Shown here one piece after another: positions 13,540-25,718 of a stretch of 53,941 nt of DNA (the first letter of the stretch is position 1; each line of letters starts with the position of its first letter). Source of the DNA: Octopus sinensis (Eukaryota). Location of the stretch: the NCBI RefSeq assembly GCF_006345805.1, contig NW_021835271.1:1-53941 (forward strand). The letters are read 5' to 3'. Below the pieces are notes generated by a model. That model saw only the letters and a list, made by a program, of their open reading frames with translations, had not been told where the DNA came from and ran no database searches. Position numbers and translations under genes: made by a program.

Positions 13540-13910
13540 CAGGCGCGGTTGTGTAGTAAGCTTGCATCTCAACCACATGGTTCTGGGTTCTGTCATACTA
13601 CACGACTCTTTCTACAATAGTTCCGGGCCGACCGAAGCTTTGTTAGTGGGTGTGGTAAACGGAAACTGAAATAAGACTGTGGGATATGTGTGTGTTTGTG
13701 TGTTTGTTTATCCCAGCATTGGGATAAAACACAGACACAAGTATTGGTTTGTTTACATTCCTATAACTTAACGGTTCAGGAAGAGAGACGGTTGGTTAAA
13801 TACTAGGCCTAAGAAACTCCTGGAGTCGATTCACTCAACTAAAACTTTTCTTCAAGGCATTGCTCCACCATGGCCGCAGTCAAATGGTTGAAACAAGCAA
13901 AAGGTAAAAG
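13540..13910 (+). mobile_element. SINE family B
   Basis: Family B head and tail (ccacatggttctgggttc...catggccgcagtcaaatg). Confidence 0.75.
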
Positions 13911-14000
13911 ATTTTAACAAAAGGTGAAACTGGCGAAAGAGGTTGTTTGGTGGACAGGGTGAAAGGATTCAGGAAAGTCGCCGTTCTCTTCGGTTAAGCT

Positions 14001-14450
14001 CTAAAGACATTCAAAGTTCCACTCATAAAGGATAGTGAGGATGGGGTGAGAAGAGTTACCGCCCACTGTATTTGTGGAAAGATGGCTGACTGTGGCACAA
14101 ATGGTTAAAGTGAATGGCACTACTCTAAGTATGTGCCTGTAGATTGGAGAGCAGGAGAGACGATTCATACCTTTGGTGGTCAGAGTAATCCTGGGTCTGT
14201 GGGGCTCCTTGATTGACCTTATTTTCAGTTTCTCCTGTATCAGAAGGGCTGCATCATTCAATGTATCACATACTCCGTATACTACATAAACTTTCCTTTT
14301 CATTCTCCTCTTCCTTTTTATAGGTCCCCACATAAATTGCTGTCTGACCTTGTAATGTCCCATCCTTTTCATGAATGCCCCTGTGAATAATGAATTATTG
14401 TGGTTGTTGTTATTATAGTCATTATGACGATCAGTTGGCAGGTTTCTAGG
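14001..14450 (-). pseudogene. Possible decayed GIY-YIG region of a Penelope-like element
   Basis: TGAFMKRMGHYK and LLIQEKLKI...TLTTKGMN weakly resemble the R..H and E...I...P.G.N motifs of PLE endonucleases. A hammerhead-like motif lies next to it. Confidence 0.3.
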
Positions 14451-14756
14451 CTTCTTATTGTTGTTGGAGTGGTTGATATTAGACCTGTGCTGTCTACAAC
14501 ATCATGTGGTTCATTCTTTCTCCCCCTTCCCTCACCTCTTTTGTAATCGTTGCGATTAGTTGTGTGTACGAGTGTGTACGTGTATCTGCTCACTTGGATA
14601 TGAAAAGGCCTGGCCTCGAACCCATGTTCTACATGTTTCTTTATCTCTGACAATATTGTGTCCCTGAATAAGCCATTCCAAAAAAAAGCTGCCGATAACT
14701 TGAAGAAAGAAAATGAATATTGAGCGTTTAAAACCATTCTTTGTGTTTCGCATTAA

Positions 14757-14843
14757 ATACTGACGAGGCATATCAACAAGATTATATAATGTTTCAACAC
14801 GTAATTATGTACTTCTGGCAGACATTTACCGAAACGCGTGTAT
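14757..14843 (+). ncRNA. Degenerate type I hammerhead motif
   Basis: CUGACGA-GG (14760-14768) ... CC-GAA-ACGCGU (palindrome). Position 17 is G, and stems I and II are decayed. Confidence 0.4.
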
Positions 14844-15079
14844 GGTCTATAAAACATTAAATTTCATATGGTCCTGCATTTTATTTATGCTGTTACGTTG
14901 GGTGGGTTTCGTACAGTAGGTTATCGCGTGGTTTGATGCACACCGCCGAATCGCACTGAATACAGAACTAAAATGCTGCGGATATTGCTTCACCTGGACT
15001 TTAGCCACGTGTCGCACTCCACAGCACGGATATATTCAGTGTGCATATGTATATGTGTATGCGTTTCTGTGTATATGTA

Positions 15080-15124
<45 letters not shown>

Positions 15125-15145
15125 TACATACATATATACATATAC

Positions 15146-15778
15146 AGGTGGAAGTCATTCAGGTCCATCGCCAGTGATATGGGAGTGTCTGAGTTTCTTA
15201 TCAGGCAGGTAGTGCATGAAGACATTCGGTATTCCTCATACAAGATGAGAAAGGGCCATTTTTTGATCCAAGCCATCAAAAGTTTCTGCCAGGATCAGAT
15301 ATTGAACGGACAGAACAACCATTGACTTGCCGTGTACCCAAAACATGTACCAAGAGTCATAAAAATCAAACATTCAGTCAATATTATGGTGTGATCACTA
15401 GTGATGGTGATGTTATGCCTTCATTCATCTTCCCACACGGCCTCAGACTCAACAGGGAGGCCTACATCAAGTTCCTGGAGGAGGTAGTGCTGCCTTGGGT
15501 CAAGGGGATGACTGCTGAAAGACCCTTTGTCTTGCAACAAGAATCTGCACCATGCCACACATGCAGTCATAGCTTTGAGACAATTTCTGCGACCACATCA
15601 CCCCTAACATCTGGCCATCTAACTCCCCGGACTGCAACCTCCTTGATAATTATGTGTGGAGCACAGTTAAGCGAGAGGGCCACAAAACTCCTTGTAACAT
15701 TAAAGATGAACTGAAAAGTTGCAAATTCCGAACTCGTCTGGAGGCCGTGGTTGACGGCAATGACGATTTTATTGAATA
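15146..15778 (+). mobile_element. maT/DD37D transposase relic, copy 2
   Basis: Reads RSIASDMGVSEFLIRQVVHEDIRY, GVITSDGDVMPSFIFPHGLRLN, QQESAPCHT and WPSNSPDCN. Homologous to 8360-9113. Confidence 0.85.
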
Positions 15779-15989
15779 TGTGTGTGTGTGTGTGTGTCTG
15801 TGTGTGTGCGTGCGTATGTATATTTATATCTATCGAGATAACGCCCCTAAAGGGCTCTTACGTGTTGAGGACCCTACCACCACCACCACCACCACCACCA
15901 CTAACACTGCTTGCGGCACAATGTCTACACTTCCGCCCCTACACACACGCATGCATAAGTGTCACTCCGTCGTTTATGACGGTGAGGGA

Positions 15990-17100
15990 TCCAGTTGATT
16001 TGATAATCGGAACAAATTACTCGTGATATTAATGTGCAAGTGGCTGAGTACTCCGCAGTTTCATGTACTCTTGATGTAGTCCTTAGGGAGATTCAGCGCA
16101 ACACAGAATATGACTAGGCTGATCCTTTGAAATACAGGTACAACTCATTTTTGCCAGCTGAGTGGATTGGAGCAACGTGCAACAAAGTGTCTTGCTCAAG
16201 GGTACAACACTCTGCTGGGTATCGAACTCAGGACTTTACGATCGCGAACCAAATATCTTAGCCATTAAGCCACACGCCTTCAAATCGCAATTACCGTCAT
16301 CGTCGTCGTCATTATTGTCGCCTTTGTCATCACTGCTGCTGTTGTTGTTAACATCGCTGTTTCTATGCAATCATCTTAAATGCGATTACATGGAAGCACT
16401 CCGTCGGTTACGACGACGAGGGTTCCGGTTGATCCGATCAACGGAACAGCCTGCTCGTGAAATTAACGTGTAAATGGCTGAGCACTCCACAGACACGTGC
16501 ACCCTTAACGTAGTTCTCAGGGAGATTCAGCGTGGCACAGAGAGTGACAAGGCCGGTCCTTTGAAATACAGGTACAACAGAAACAGGAAGTAAGAGTGAG
16601 AGAAAGTTGTGGTGAAAAAGTACAGCAGGGATCACCACCATCCCTGCCCGAGCCTCGTGGAGCTTTTAGGTGTTTTCGCTCAATAAACACTCACAACGCC
16701 CGGTCTGGGAATCGAAACCGCGATCCTACGACCGCGAGTCCGCTGCCCTAACCACTGGGCCATTGCGCCTCCACATACGATTACAAAATATTTACTCAAC
16801 ACCGACGATAAGCGTATTTCATCTCTAATAACGTCTGTGAATGCGCATGGTCGTGAGTTCAATTCCCAGCGAAGCGCTGCGTCCTTGAGCAAGACTTTAT
16901 TTCACACTGCTCCAGCCAACTCACCTAGCAAAAATGAGTTGTACCTGTAATTGAAATGGGGAGCAGCCTTGTCACTTTCTGTGTCACACTGTATCTCCCT
17001 CAGAACTACGTTAAGAGTAAACAAGTCTGTGGAGTACTCAGCCACTTGCACGTTAATTCTTCGAGCAAGCTGTTCCGTCGATCGGATCAACTGAAACATT
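15990..17100. mobile_element. Cluster of three related tRNA-derived SINEs (15990-16280 -, 16405-16775 -, 16840-17100 +)
   Basis: Shared body gatccgatcaacggaacagc...gtggctgagcactcc. The tRNA-like head tggcccagtggttagggcagcggactcgcggtcg...gtttcgattccc is on the minus strand at 16700-16775. Confidence 0.8.
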
Positions 17101-17578
17101 CGCCGTCGGAGTGCCAGCCATTTTATATTAATGATTCCTGTGGCCGTCCATGTTGATAATATTGTCGTTGTTGTTGTTGTTGTTGATTTTGTACAGTCAT
17201 CGCCGCAAAAGGTGCCTTTGGTTTTGTCAATGCGTCACTGATTCTGTGGTTTTAAGTGTTGTTGTGCTTTGATGATGATGACTGTCTTTGGTAGATATTC
17301 CCATTTAACCCCGAGCTAGAAAGGGCTGCACTAGGACTAAGATCAGGTTTGTTTTCTTTTTTGTTTTTGTTTTCTCATTTTGTGTTTTTTTTTTTTGTTC
17401 CTGGACATCTTGTGTCTAAGACGACATAGCCTTACCACACACACACACGCACACAACCATGATCACTGCAACCACCAAAGCAACCATCACCACTACCACC
17501 GCCGCCATCACCTCCATCACCACCGCTACTACCACCACCATCACTACCACCTTACTATAACTACTGTTACTGCTACTG

Positions 17579-17632
<54 letters not shown>

Positions 17633-18329
17633 ACTGCTACTGCCCGATATTTTATTGACTGTAATATTTGTACAAATAGACATAAAATGCAATCAGCTGT
17701 AGTCGAGAGTCAGACGGAATTTGAATGAATAAAGGAATGAATAAGAGGGAGAGGGAGAGAGAGAGAGAGAGGGAGAGGGAGGTTCATGTATATATAAATA
17801 TATGTATATATAGATATATGTATATATATGTGTATATATATATATATGTATGGGTGTATATATATATATTTATATGTATATATGTATATGTGTATATCTA
17901 TATCTATCTATCTATCTCTATATATATACACACACACACATACACACACACACACACACACATATCATCATCATCATCATCATCGTTTAACGTCCGCTTT
18001 CCATGTATGTATGTATGTATGTATGTATGTATGTATGTATATAAAGAGAATGAGCAACAAGCGGAAAGAGAAAGATTCAGAGAGAGCGAGAGAGGGGGAG
18101 ATCTGTCTAGACAGCCTCGGCCCGATAGACAGTTGGCAGAGAGAGAGAGAGAGAGAGAGAGGAATAGTCGGAGGAGAGAAGAAAGAGAAAAGATAGGTAA
18201 TTCGTTGCAGCCAGTAAAAGTGTTCGCCCTGCCCCAAACACACCACACTCTCATACAAATTGTTATGTTCGCTGTAAATTTATTACTTTTTTGTAATCAT
18301 ACATAACAAAATTACAAAATAGTGATAAT

Positions 18330-18413
<84 letters not shown>

Positions 18414-18714
18414 ATCTTTTTTTCTATTTTGGCCCAAGGCCAGCAACTTCGAAAGGTGGGGAAGTCGATTACATTGACCTTGGGGCTCAATTCGAAAACA
18501 TTAAGAAAAATGATGATGATGATGATGATATCGGTATCGACAAAAAAAAGGAATAAAAAACGCTACAGAAGAATTAGAATAAGAGAAAAGACTAAGTTTA
18601 ATAATAAGAAGAGGGGAAACTATACAGGCGCAGGTGTAGCTGTGTGGTGGCAAGAATTAGGTTCCCAATCGCATGATTCCGGGTTCAGGTATATATTATA
18701 TATATATATAATAT

Positions 18715-18760
<46 letters not shown>

Positions 18761-18868
18761 TATACATATATAGATAGATATATAGATATAGATAGATAGA
18801 TAGATAGATAGTAAGATAGATAGATAGATAGATAGATAGATATGAGATAGATAGATAATACACCACAC

Positions 18869-18905
<37 letters not shown>

Positions 18906-19024
18906 AGTGAGACAGACAGGGATATATGCGGATAAAAAGATAAATAGATAATATATATATTGTATATATTTGTGTATATCTATATATATATACATATATG
19001 CGTGTGTGCGTGAGTGTATGTATG

Positions 19025-19058
<34 letters not shown>

Positions 19059-19069
19059 TATAATATATA

Positions 19070-19119
<50 letters not shown>

Positions 19120-19253
19120 ATATATATATATATATATAATATATGTATATATGTCTGTGAATGTGTGTGTACGTGTGATGATGATGTTTATGTCACTGTG
19201 ACTAAGCGATTCGGCAAAAGATAGAAAACGTACTTGTTTCAAATTATTTAAAA

Positions 19254-19640
19254 GATGATAGTAAAGACTAAGCTCAATGCTAGAAATAAGATGATTATTG
19301 TAATTATTCTAATTATGTCAGTTATAAATTACAGCTTCGATATAATAAACTGGAAGTTGATTTGAAACATTTAAAGAGAAAAAAAGAAATACCGGAAACT
19401 ACTGTCAGCTCGTCGATGTCACCGACCCAAAGTAGACAGAGACAGTATGTACCACTACCACATACAAGGAGAACGTGATCTGATGCGAATAGAAAACTAC
19501 CACGAAGCGACAAGAGTCGTACTGGAAAAAAAAATTTCTTAGAAACATATAATAAAATTATGATAAATATATTATAATATGGAAACATGAAAAATAACAA
19601 GTTTTCATTATGAACAAGGAAGCATTAAACTACGAAACAA
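19254..19640 (+). mobile_element. Old R4/Dong-type retrotransposon fragment (post-RT region)
   Basis: KTKLNARNK...YSFDIINW and RKLLSARRCHRPKVD....QGERDL align by eye with KTELNAKN...YSYNILDW and RKIMTGSRMHHPKSD....EGGSGL in the 27520 element. Confidence 0.7.
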
Positions 19641-20167
19641 GCAAAAGTGAAAAAACTCCATCTAATGTGAAATCTAATTTGCACCCGACTGAGTGCCCTC
19701 GGGGTGCTCAAGGGTTAGATCTAAAATACCGGTATGAGTCTAAATTCTTCAAATACATGTCACTAGACACTTTGAGTTATTTCTGATTTTTGTTTAAACT
19801 GGGCAAATTACTTAGGTCATTACTGTTTCCTGGTCTCTGGCTACTGGAGCTAAGAGGTTGGACAGTCGGGATGCTGCTGATGGTTACTAAACTAGAAACG
19901 CATAACCACGACTATCCTCTTAACCCTTATACGTTAAGCGAGTCCCGTTTGTCAATTTTTGGAAGATACCAGAATTTTGAGATTATCTCCCCTTTTCAAG
20001 CGAAGCGGATTATAATTGCCATTTGATACTTATGAAACATCTTCTACTGGCGACAGGGGTCTCAATAAATCAAGATTTTTGTTGTAAGATATTTGACATC
20101 CCTGTTTTTGTCTATATTGTGAATAGTAGGCCACAGGTCACTTCGATTTTTTCCTCTTCGCTCAGTT

Positions 20168-20246
<79 letters not shown>

Positions 20247-20267
20247 TATATATATTTATATATGTAT

Positions 20268-20310
<43 letters not shown>

Positions 20311-20485
20311 TATGTATGTATATATATATATGTATATATATAATATTATATGTATGTATGTATGTAGTATGTATGTATGTAGTGTATGTATGTATGTATG
20401 TATATGTATAAAAGGAAAAATCAATAACGCGAGTACGTGGTACAAGTACTGTATTATCAGACTCTCAGAATAGGAAGGAAAGAGG

Positions 20486-20520
20486 ATTTAACGTTTCGAG
20501 CCAAGCTATTCTTCAGAAAT
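20486..20520 (-). ncRNA. Minimal type I hammerhead motif (PLE-type)
   Basis: AUUU-CUGAAGA-A-UAGC-UUG-GCUC-GAA-ACGU-U-AAAU. The expected G10.1 is U. Confidence 0.55.
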
Positions 20521-20720
20521 AGAGATAATTCCTCGCGTTATTGTTTGGTCTTATTTGTTCTTTGTTTGGATTCACTATATACCGCACGCTCACACGGCTT
20601 TCTGACATCATATATATATATATACACACACATACATATATATATAGATATAGGTATATATATACATATATATACATATACATATATATATATACATACA
20701 CATATATACATACATATATA

Positions 20721-20769
<49 letters not shown>

Positions 20770-20778
20770 CACACACAC

Positions 20779-20821
<43 letters not shown>

Positions 20822-21090
20822 TACGGCAATGAGAAAGTGGAGAGGATGCAAAATCGACAGACATCAGCCGGTAAACATTCTAGTATGTCTATTTATTCCA
20901 ATGTATTAGATGAATACATACACATGTTTTAGTGGTAGTGATCATCAAATAGAAAGAGTTGGTGATTGCAAAAACAAGGGTGTGGAAATATATAATCAAC
21001 AGGAGCAGGTGATTAATTGAGCAAATGAGCAAATGAGCAAATGAGAAAACGAACAGATTGTCAGTAAAACCGAATGTTTAAGTAGGTGCT

Positions 21091-21196
21091 AGTTCCTTAC
21101 GGCCGTTTCTGCCAAGAGGCAACGAAATCTTCCAGGTTATCTCCTTGAGCAGGTAAGACTTGGATAAGGAATGTGCCTCTAGGCTTCTTCAGGGGG
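21091..21196 (-). ncRNA. Type I hammerhead motif with extended stem II, decayed stem I
   Basis: CUGAAGA-A-GCC-U-AGAGGCA...UGCCUCU-U-GGC-A-GAA-ACGGCCGU-A: palindromic stem III, GUA triplet. Confidence 0.55.
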
Positions 21197-21516
21197 TTCT
21201 ACGTAGTTGGGAAGGCTAACACATATAAAAAAAAAACAGTTAATAACAGCTACAGTGCATTTGTCTTTTTAAAATAGAGTAGAAAAAGAATAGGAGTAAG
21301 AATAAGAACAATCATGGGGATGTACGTGAAGTACACCTTAGTATAATGATTTGGGTTATAGCAAGGGGGAATAAGATACAGACTTCCTGTGGTGTTATAT
21401 ATATATGTTCATGGAGTACAACCATTAATATAGCAGAGCCACTTGAGAAATAACATTGTTTTAAATATTCACAGAGCAGTTTTGTCTTCGATCTCCAATG
21501 CTTGAGATCAATTGTA

Positions 21517-21742
21517 CAGGGTGACTCAGAACTAGGTTTACAGTTATCACGTAGGCACTTTAAATTTCTTTTTAAATATTTTATTACATTTAAGTTTCTA
21601 TCTGATAAACCGAGAACGGAGCTTGACAAAATTAACTAAATTAGCATAGAATAATAGTTTCATATTTTTATATAATTAAGATCTAAATATGAATGCGAAA
21701 GAGATAATTGAATAACTGTAAATCTACTTTTGAACCACCCTG
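21517..21742. mobile_element. Tc1/mariner-type MITE
   Basis: TIRs of about 31 bp, cagggtgactcagaactaggtttacagttat and revcomp cagggtggttcaaaagtagatttacagttat, with TA on both sides (21515-16, 21743-44). Confidence 0.8.
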
Positions 21743-23299
21743 TATAACAATGGTTCTCTGTGCCCGGTGCACAAGAGAATTTTGGCGACCCCACCTTATT
21801 TAACAGGTTAGCGAGAGAAGACTTTGTACCCATCACCCCTGCACTGGAGGGTGGGACCTCTCCTTCGTAACCACCCTTGTTACATCTCAGCCTTCACAAT
21901 ACACATAGCTTACGAAAAACATATCCTTAGATTCATATAGCTCCCACAGTAAAACTATCACAGTGCCGAATTTTGGGAATAACCCTCAGTACTTAATGGG
22001 AAAAGAACCGGTCATCAGGATTTGCCAAAATGAAATGCAAAATCCATTAGAAAAAGACAACCAACGCAAAAATGATCGTTCACAATTGCAATTCTTGCTG
22101 AATGAAACACAAGAATATTTGCAAAATGTGGGAATTATGAAGGGATAAAAACCATTCAAAACACCAGCCATTTTCCTCTCCCATGAGATATTCTTCCAAA
22201 TCTACGCTAATATAGGTAGTTTTCGAAAATATCGTCAATCGCAGTTTTTTTTTTTTTTTAATCAGAGATATAGCATTCAGAAGCAGTCATCGATATTTGT
22301 CTATATTTACCAAGTTTAGATAACAAAAAAAAAAAAAATTCTATAATCCTCACAGTACCATGTTCACATTGGCTGAAAATACAATAAACTTTTTCTACAA
22401 AGTAAACCAATACAGAGACAGCAAACTCTTAAAGGCTGATAACAGACTTTGATATACAGAGAACAACAACAACAACAATAGCATATACAAATATATCAAC
22501 ACTGAAGCACAGCGAAACAATACAGCGTTGAAGACAAACAATGAATATCCAGGTTTTTCTGAAAATACCAGACAAAAAACAAAAAAAAACAGAAATAGCG
22601 ACCAATTTTGACAACTCACCCCAAATGTAGACTTATTAACTGTATATATATATTTATACGTATATATGTATATACACAAATACAGGCGGAGTTTATATAA
22701 TCAGTGAACCAATATTAGATAGAATAAACAGAGTCTTGAAGAGAAAAAGTAAATAAATCCACGTATTTGAATCAGTGAAACAACGCCGCCGATGTCGTCG
22801 CCGTTATCACCGCTGCAAGAGATATTGCGTTGTTTGAACGGCGTCAAAAACAACGGAAAGATAAAGAGAGATTTATTGAATTCAATGTATTACCAGGCAA
22901 CACGACAAGGGCATAGCAGTACGTGCTCACTTAAACTGCTAGAGATAGCAGCTAAATCTCACTCAAATAAAACAAATAATTACTTAGAAACACACACACA
23001 CACACACACACACACAATATATACATTGTCATCTGGTTTCGGATCCTTACAAGCGGTTTCAGGGTTTCAAATGTCTTCGTCTCATTCTTATGCCAGACAG
23101 GGAGACTAAGAAAATGGTCAGAACTGCACTGCTAAAGTTCTTTCTATGAATGATGTACTTCCCCTGTAATAAGAATTGTACGTTCGAGCGCAGCGCGCAG
23201 CACTTTGAGCGTATGACTTGTAACATAGTCTGTCAATAACTAATGGCTTATGGATACAAATTGTTGCATAGAATCTATGGAGAAACCTGGCAAGCACAC

Positions 23300-23330
<31 letters not shown>

Positions 23331-23444
23331 ATAAATATTAGGGAATAAATCCAAATTTACAGGGAAAAAAATCAGATTTAGGATTAAATCCAATTGATTA
23401 AGTCTTTCCTTGTTTGTTTTGCAAAATAGTGGTTTTGTCTCTAA

Positions 23445-23482
<38 letters not shown>

Positions 23483-23484
<2 letters not shown>

Positions 23485-23722
23485 GGTGAAGACCCCCTTC
23501 GGTCATGAATGACCATGGGATTGCACCTAGAAAGTTACCCTCCTAGACAAAAGTCCGGGCAAGGTTGTTTATGGAAGACCAGCAGTCGCCCATGCATACC
23601 AGCCTCCCCTCTCCACGCCACCAGTGTTATCCAAGGGAAAGACAAAGGTCGATACAGCTTGGCACCAGTGACGTCGCAACTCATTTCTACAGCTGAGTGA
23701 ACTGGAGCAACGTGAAATAAAG
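23483..23722 (-). mobile_element. SINE fragment with an RTE-like 3' tail
   Basis: ctcagctgtagaaatgagttg body shared with 16140 and 31500. The tail ccatggtcattcatgaccgaagggg loosely resembles RTE 3' ends. Confidence 0.55.
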
Positions 23723-23731
23723 TGCTTTGCT

Positions 23732-23808
<77 letters not shown>

Positions 23809-23834
23809 CACACACATATATATATATATACACA

Positions 23835-23948
23835 TACATATACATACATACATACATACATACATACATACATACATACATACATACATACATACATACA
23901 TACATACATACATACATACATACATACATACATACATACATACATACA

Positions 23949-23978
<30 letters not shown>
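23835..23978. repeat. (ACAT)n microsatellite
   Basis: Directly visible. Confidence 0.95.
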
Positions 23979-23979
<1 letters not shown>

Positions 23980-24389
23980 GTAACGAAATTACTAAACGGA
24001 AACAACCAACAGGGAAAACGAAACTTGAAGAAAACATCAACAACGTGCCTTTTATTATTTATATATATGTGACTGGCTTCTTTCAATTTCCGCCAAACAA
24101 ATTCACTCACGAGGCCTTGGTCGGTCCCAAACTATAGTAGAAAACATTTGCTCTAGGTGCGACACGGTGGGACTGAACCCGGAACCTTGTGGCTGTGAAG
24201 GAAACTTCTTTCCACACTCCCATGCCAATATATATATATCCATACATACCTACATTTATATATATATGTGTGTGTGTGTGTGTATGAATATATATATATA
24301 TGAGGATTCTAGCTCGCTCTGATACTGAGTGGAGTTGGTGCCTTCTGGTATCTCAGAATTCAATATATAATCATTTATGATTATAGTAT

Positions 24390-24503
24390 TCTACGCTGAA
24401 GAGAAAAGAAGTTTCGGTAAGATAGAATTATTTATTATTTAATATTTAATATCTAGTTCTTATGCTTTCCTTAAAACTTGATTTCGAAACGTACGTCCGT
24501 GGA
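24390..24503 (+). ncRNA. Type I hammerhead ribozyme, copy 1 (predicted cleavage after 24497)
   Basis: Stem I UCUACG/CGUGGA; core CUGAAGA; stem II GAAA/UUUC plus AAGUUU/AAACUU; core GAAA; palindromic stem III ACGUACGU; GUC triplet. Confidence 0.9.
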
Positions 24504-24997
24504 TAACTAAAAAAATGTATGATAGATTGCAGTTAATTCATTCTCTCTTACCTGTTTGTGTCTGCCTTCCAAATGCTGTTTTTACTGAGATCTCCCTTTT
24601 TTAGTAGAAGAAATAGCTATAACCCTTTGACTGCTATTTCTAAATTCGGTATGTGGTAAGGCAACTCGTTGCTAAACCCTTATTGCTTAGTATTACTTAA
24701 ATTTTCCTCGAATGAGGCTTTTACATGCCGAAGACTACTTGGTGTAATTGATAATTTTTCCAAATTAATTAATTTCACCCTTCATTATTACGGATAACCA
24801 TATTTTATCTCAGTAGATGACCACAGCATCTTGTTTTGGCTACACGCGGGTGGGAAGGGGCTGTTGACACAATCGTTTCATTCACAAATTGAATTCGGTG
24901 ATACCAGTTGAGGATTCTAGCTCGCTCTGATACTGAGTGGAGTTGGTGCCTTCTGGTATCTCAGAATTCAATATATAATCATTTATGATTATAGTAT

Positions 24998-25110
24998 TCT
25001 ACGCTGAAGAGAAAAGAAGTTTCGGTAAGATAGAATATTTATTATTTAATATTTAATATCTAGTTCTTATGCTTTCCTTAAAACTTGATTTCGAAACGTA
25101 CGTCCGTGGA
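24998..25110 (+). ncRNA. Type I hammerhead ribozyme, copy 2 (predicted cleavage after 25104)
   Basis: Same as copy 1, with a 1-nt deletion in the apical part of stem II. Confidence 0.9.
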
Positions 25111-25604
25111 TAACTAAAAAAATGTATGATAGATTGCAGTTAATTCATTCTCTCTTACCTGTTTGTGTCTGCCTTCCAAATGCTGTTTTTACTGAGATCT
25201 CCCTTTTTTAGTAGAAGAAATAGCTATAACCCTTTGACTGCTATTTCTAAATTCGGTATGTGGTAAGGCAACTCGTTGCTAAACCCTTATTGCTTAGTAT
25301 TACTTAAATTTTCCTCGAATGAGGCTTTTACATGCCGAAGACTACTTGGTGTAATTGATAATTTTTCCAAATTAATTAATTTCACCCTTCATTATTACGG
25401 ATAACCATATTTTATCTCAGTAGATGACCACAGCATCTTGTTTTGGCTACACGCGGGTGGGAAGGGGCTGTTGACACAATCGTTTCATTCACAAATTGAA
25501 TTCGGTGATACCAGTTGAGGATTCTAGCTCGCTCTGATACTGAGTGGAGTTGGTGCCTTCTGGTATCTCAGAATTCAATATATAATCATTTATGATTATA
25601 GTAT

Positions 25605-25718
25605 TCTACGCTGAAGAGAAAAGAAGTTTCGGTAAGATAGAATTATTTATTATTTAATATTTAATATCTAGTTCTTATGCTTTCCTTAAAACTTGATTTC
25701 GAAACGTACGTCCGTGGA
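25605..25718 (+). ncRNA. Type I hammerhead ribozyme, copy 3 (predicted cleavage after 25712)
   Basis: Same as copy 1. Confidence 0.9.

Noticed and set aside
16700-16775. Functional tRNA gene (also 33320-33390, 50699-50759)
   Set aside because: Each head continues into SINE or PLE body sequence and lacks a complete acceptor stem.
21963-22171. Possible piggyBac Cys-rich domain relic
   Set aside because: Only scattered Cys residues with stops, and no TIR or catalytic motif.
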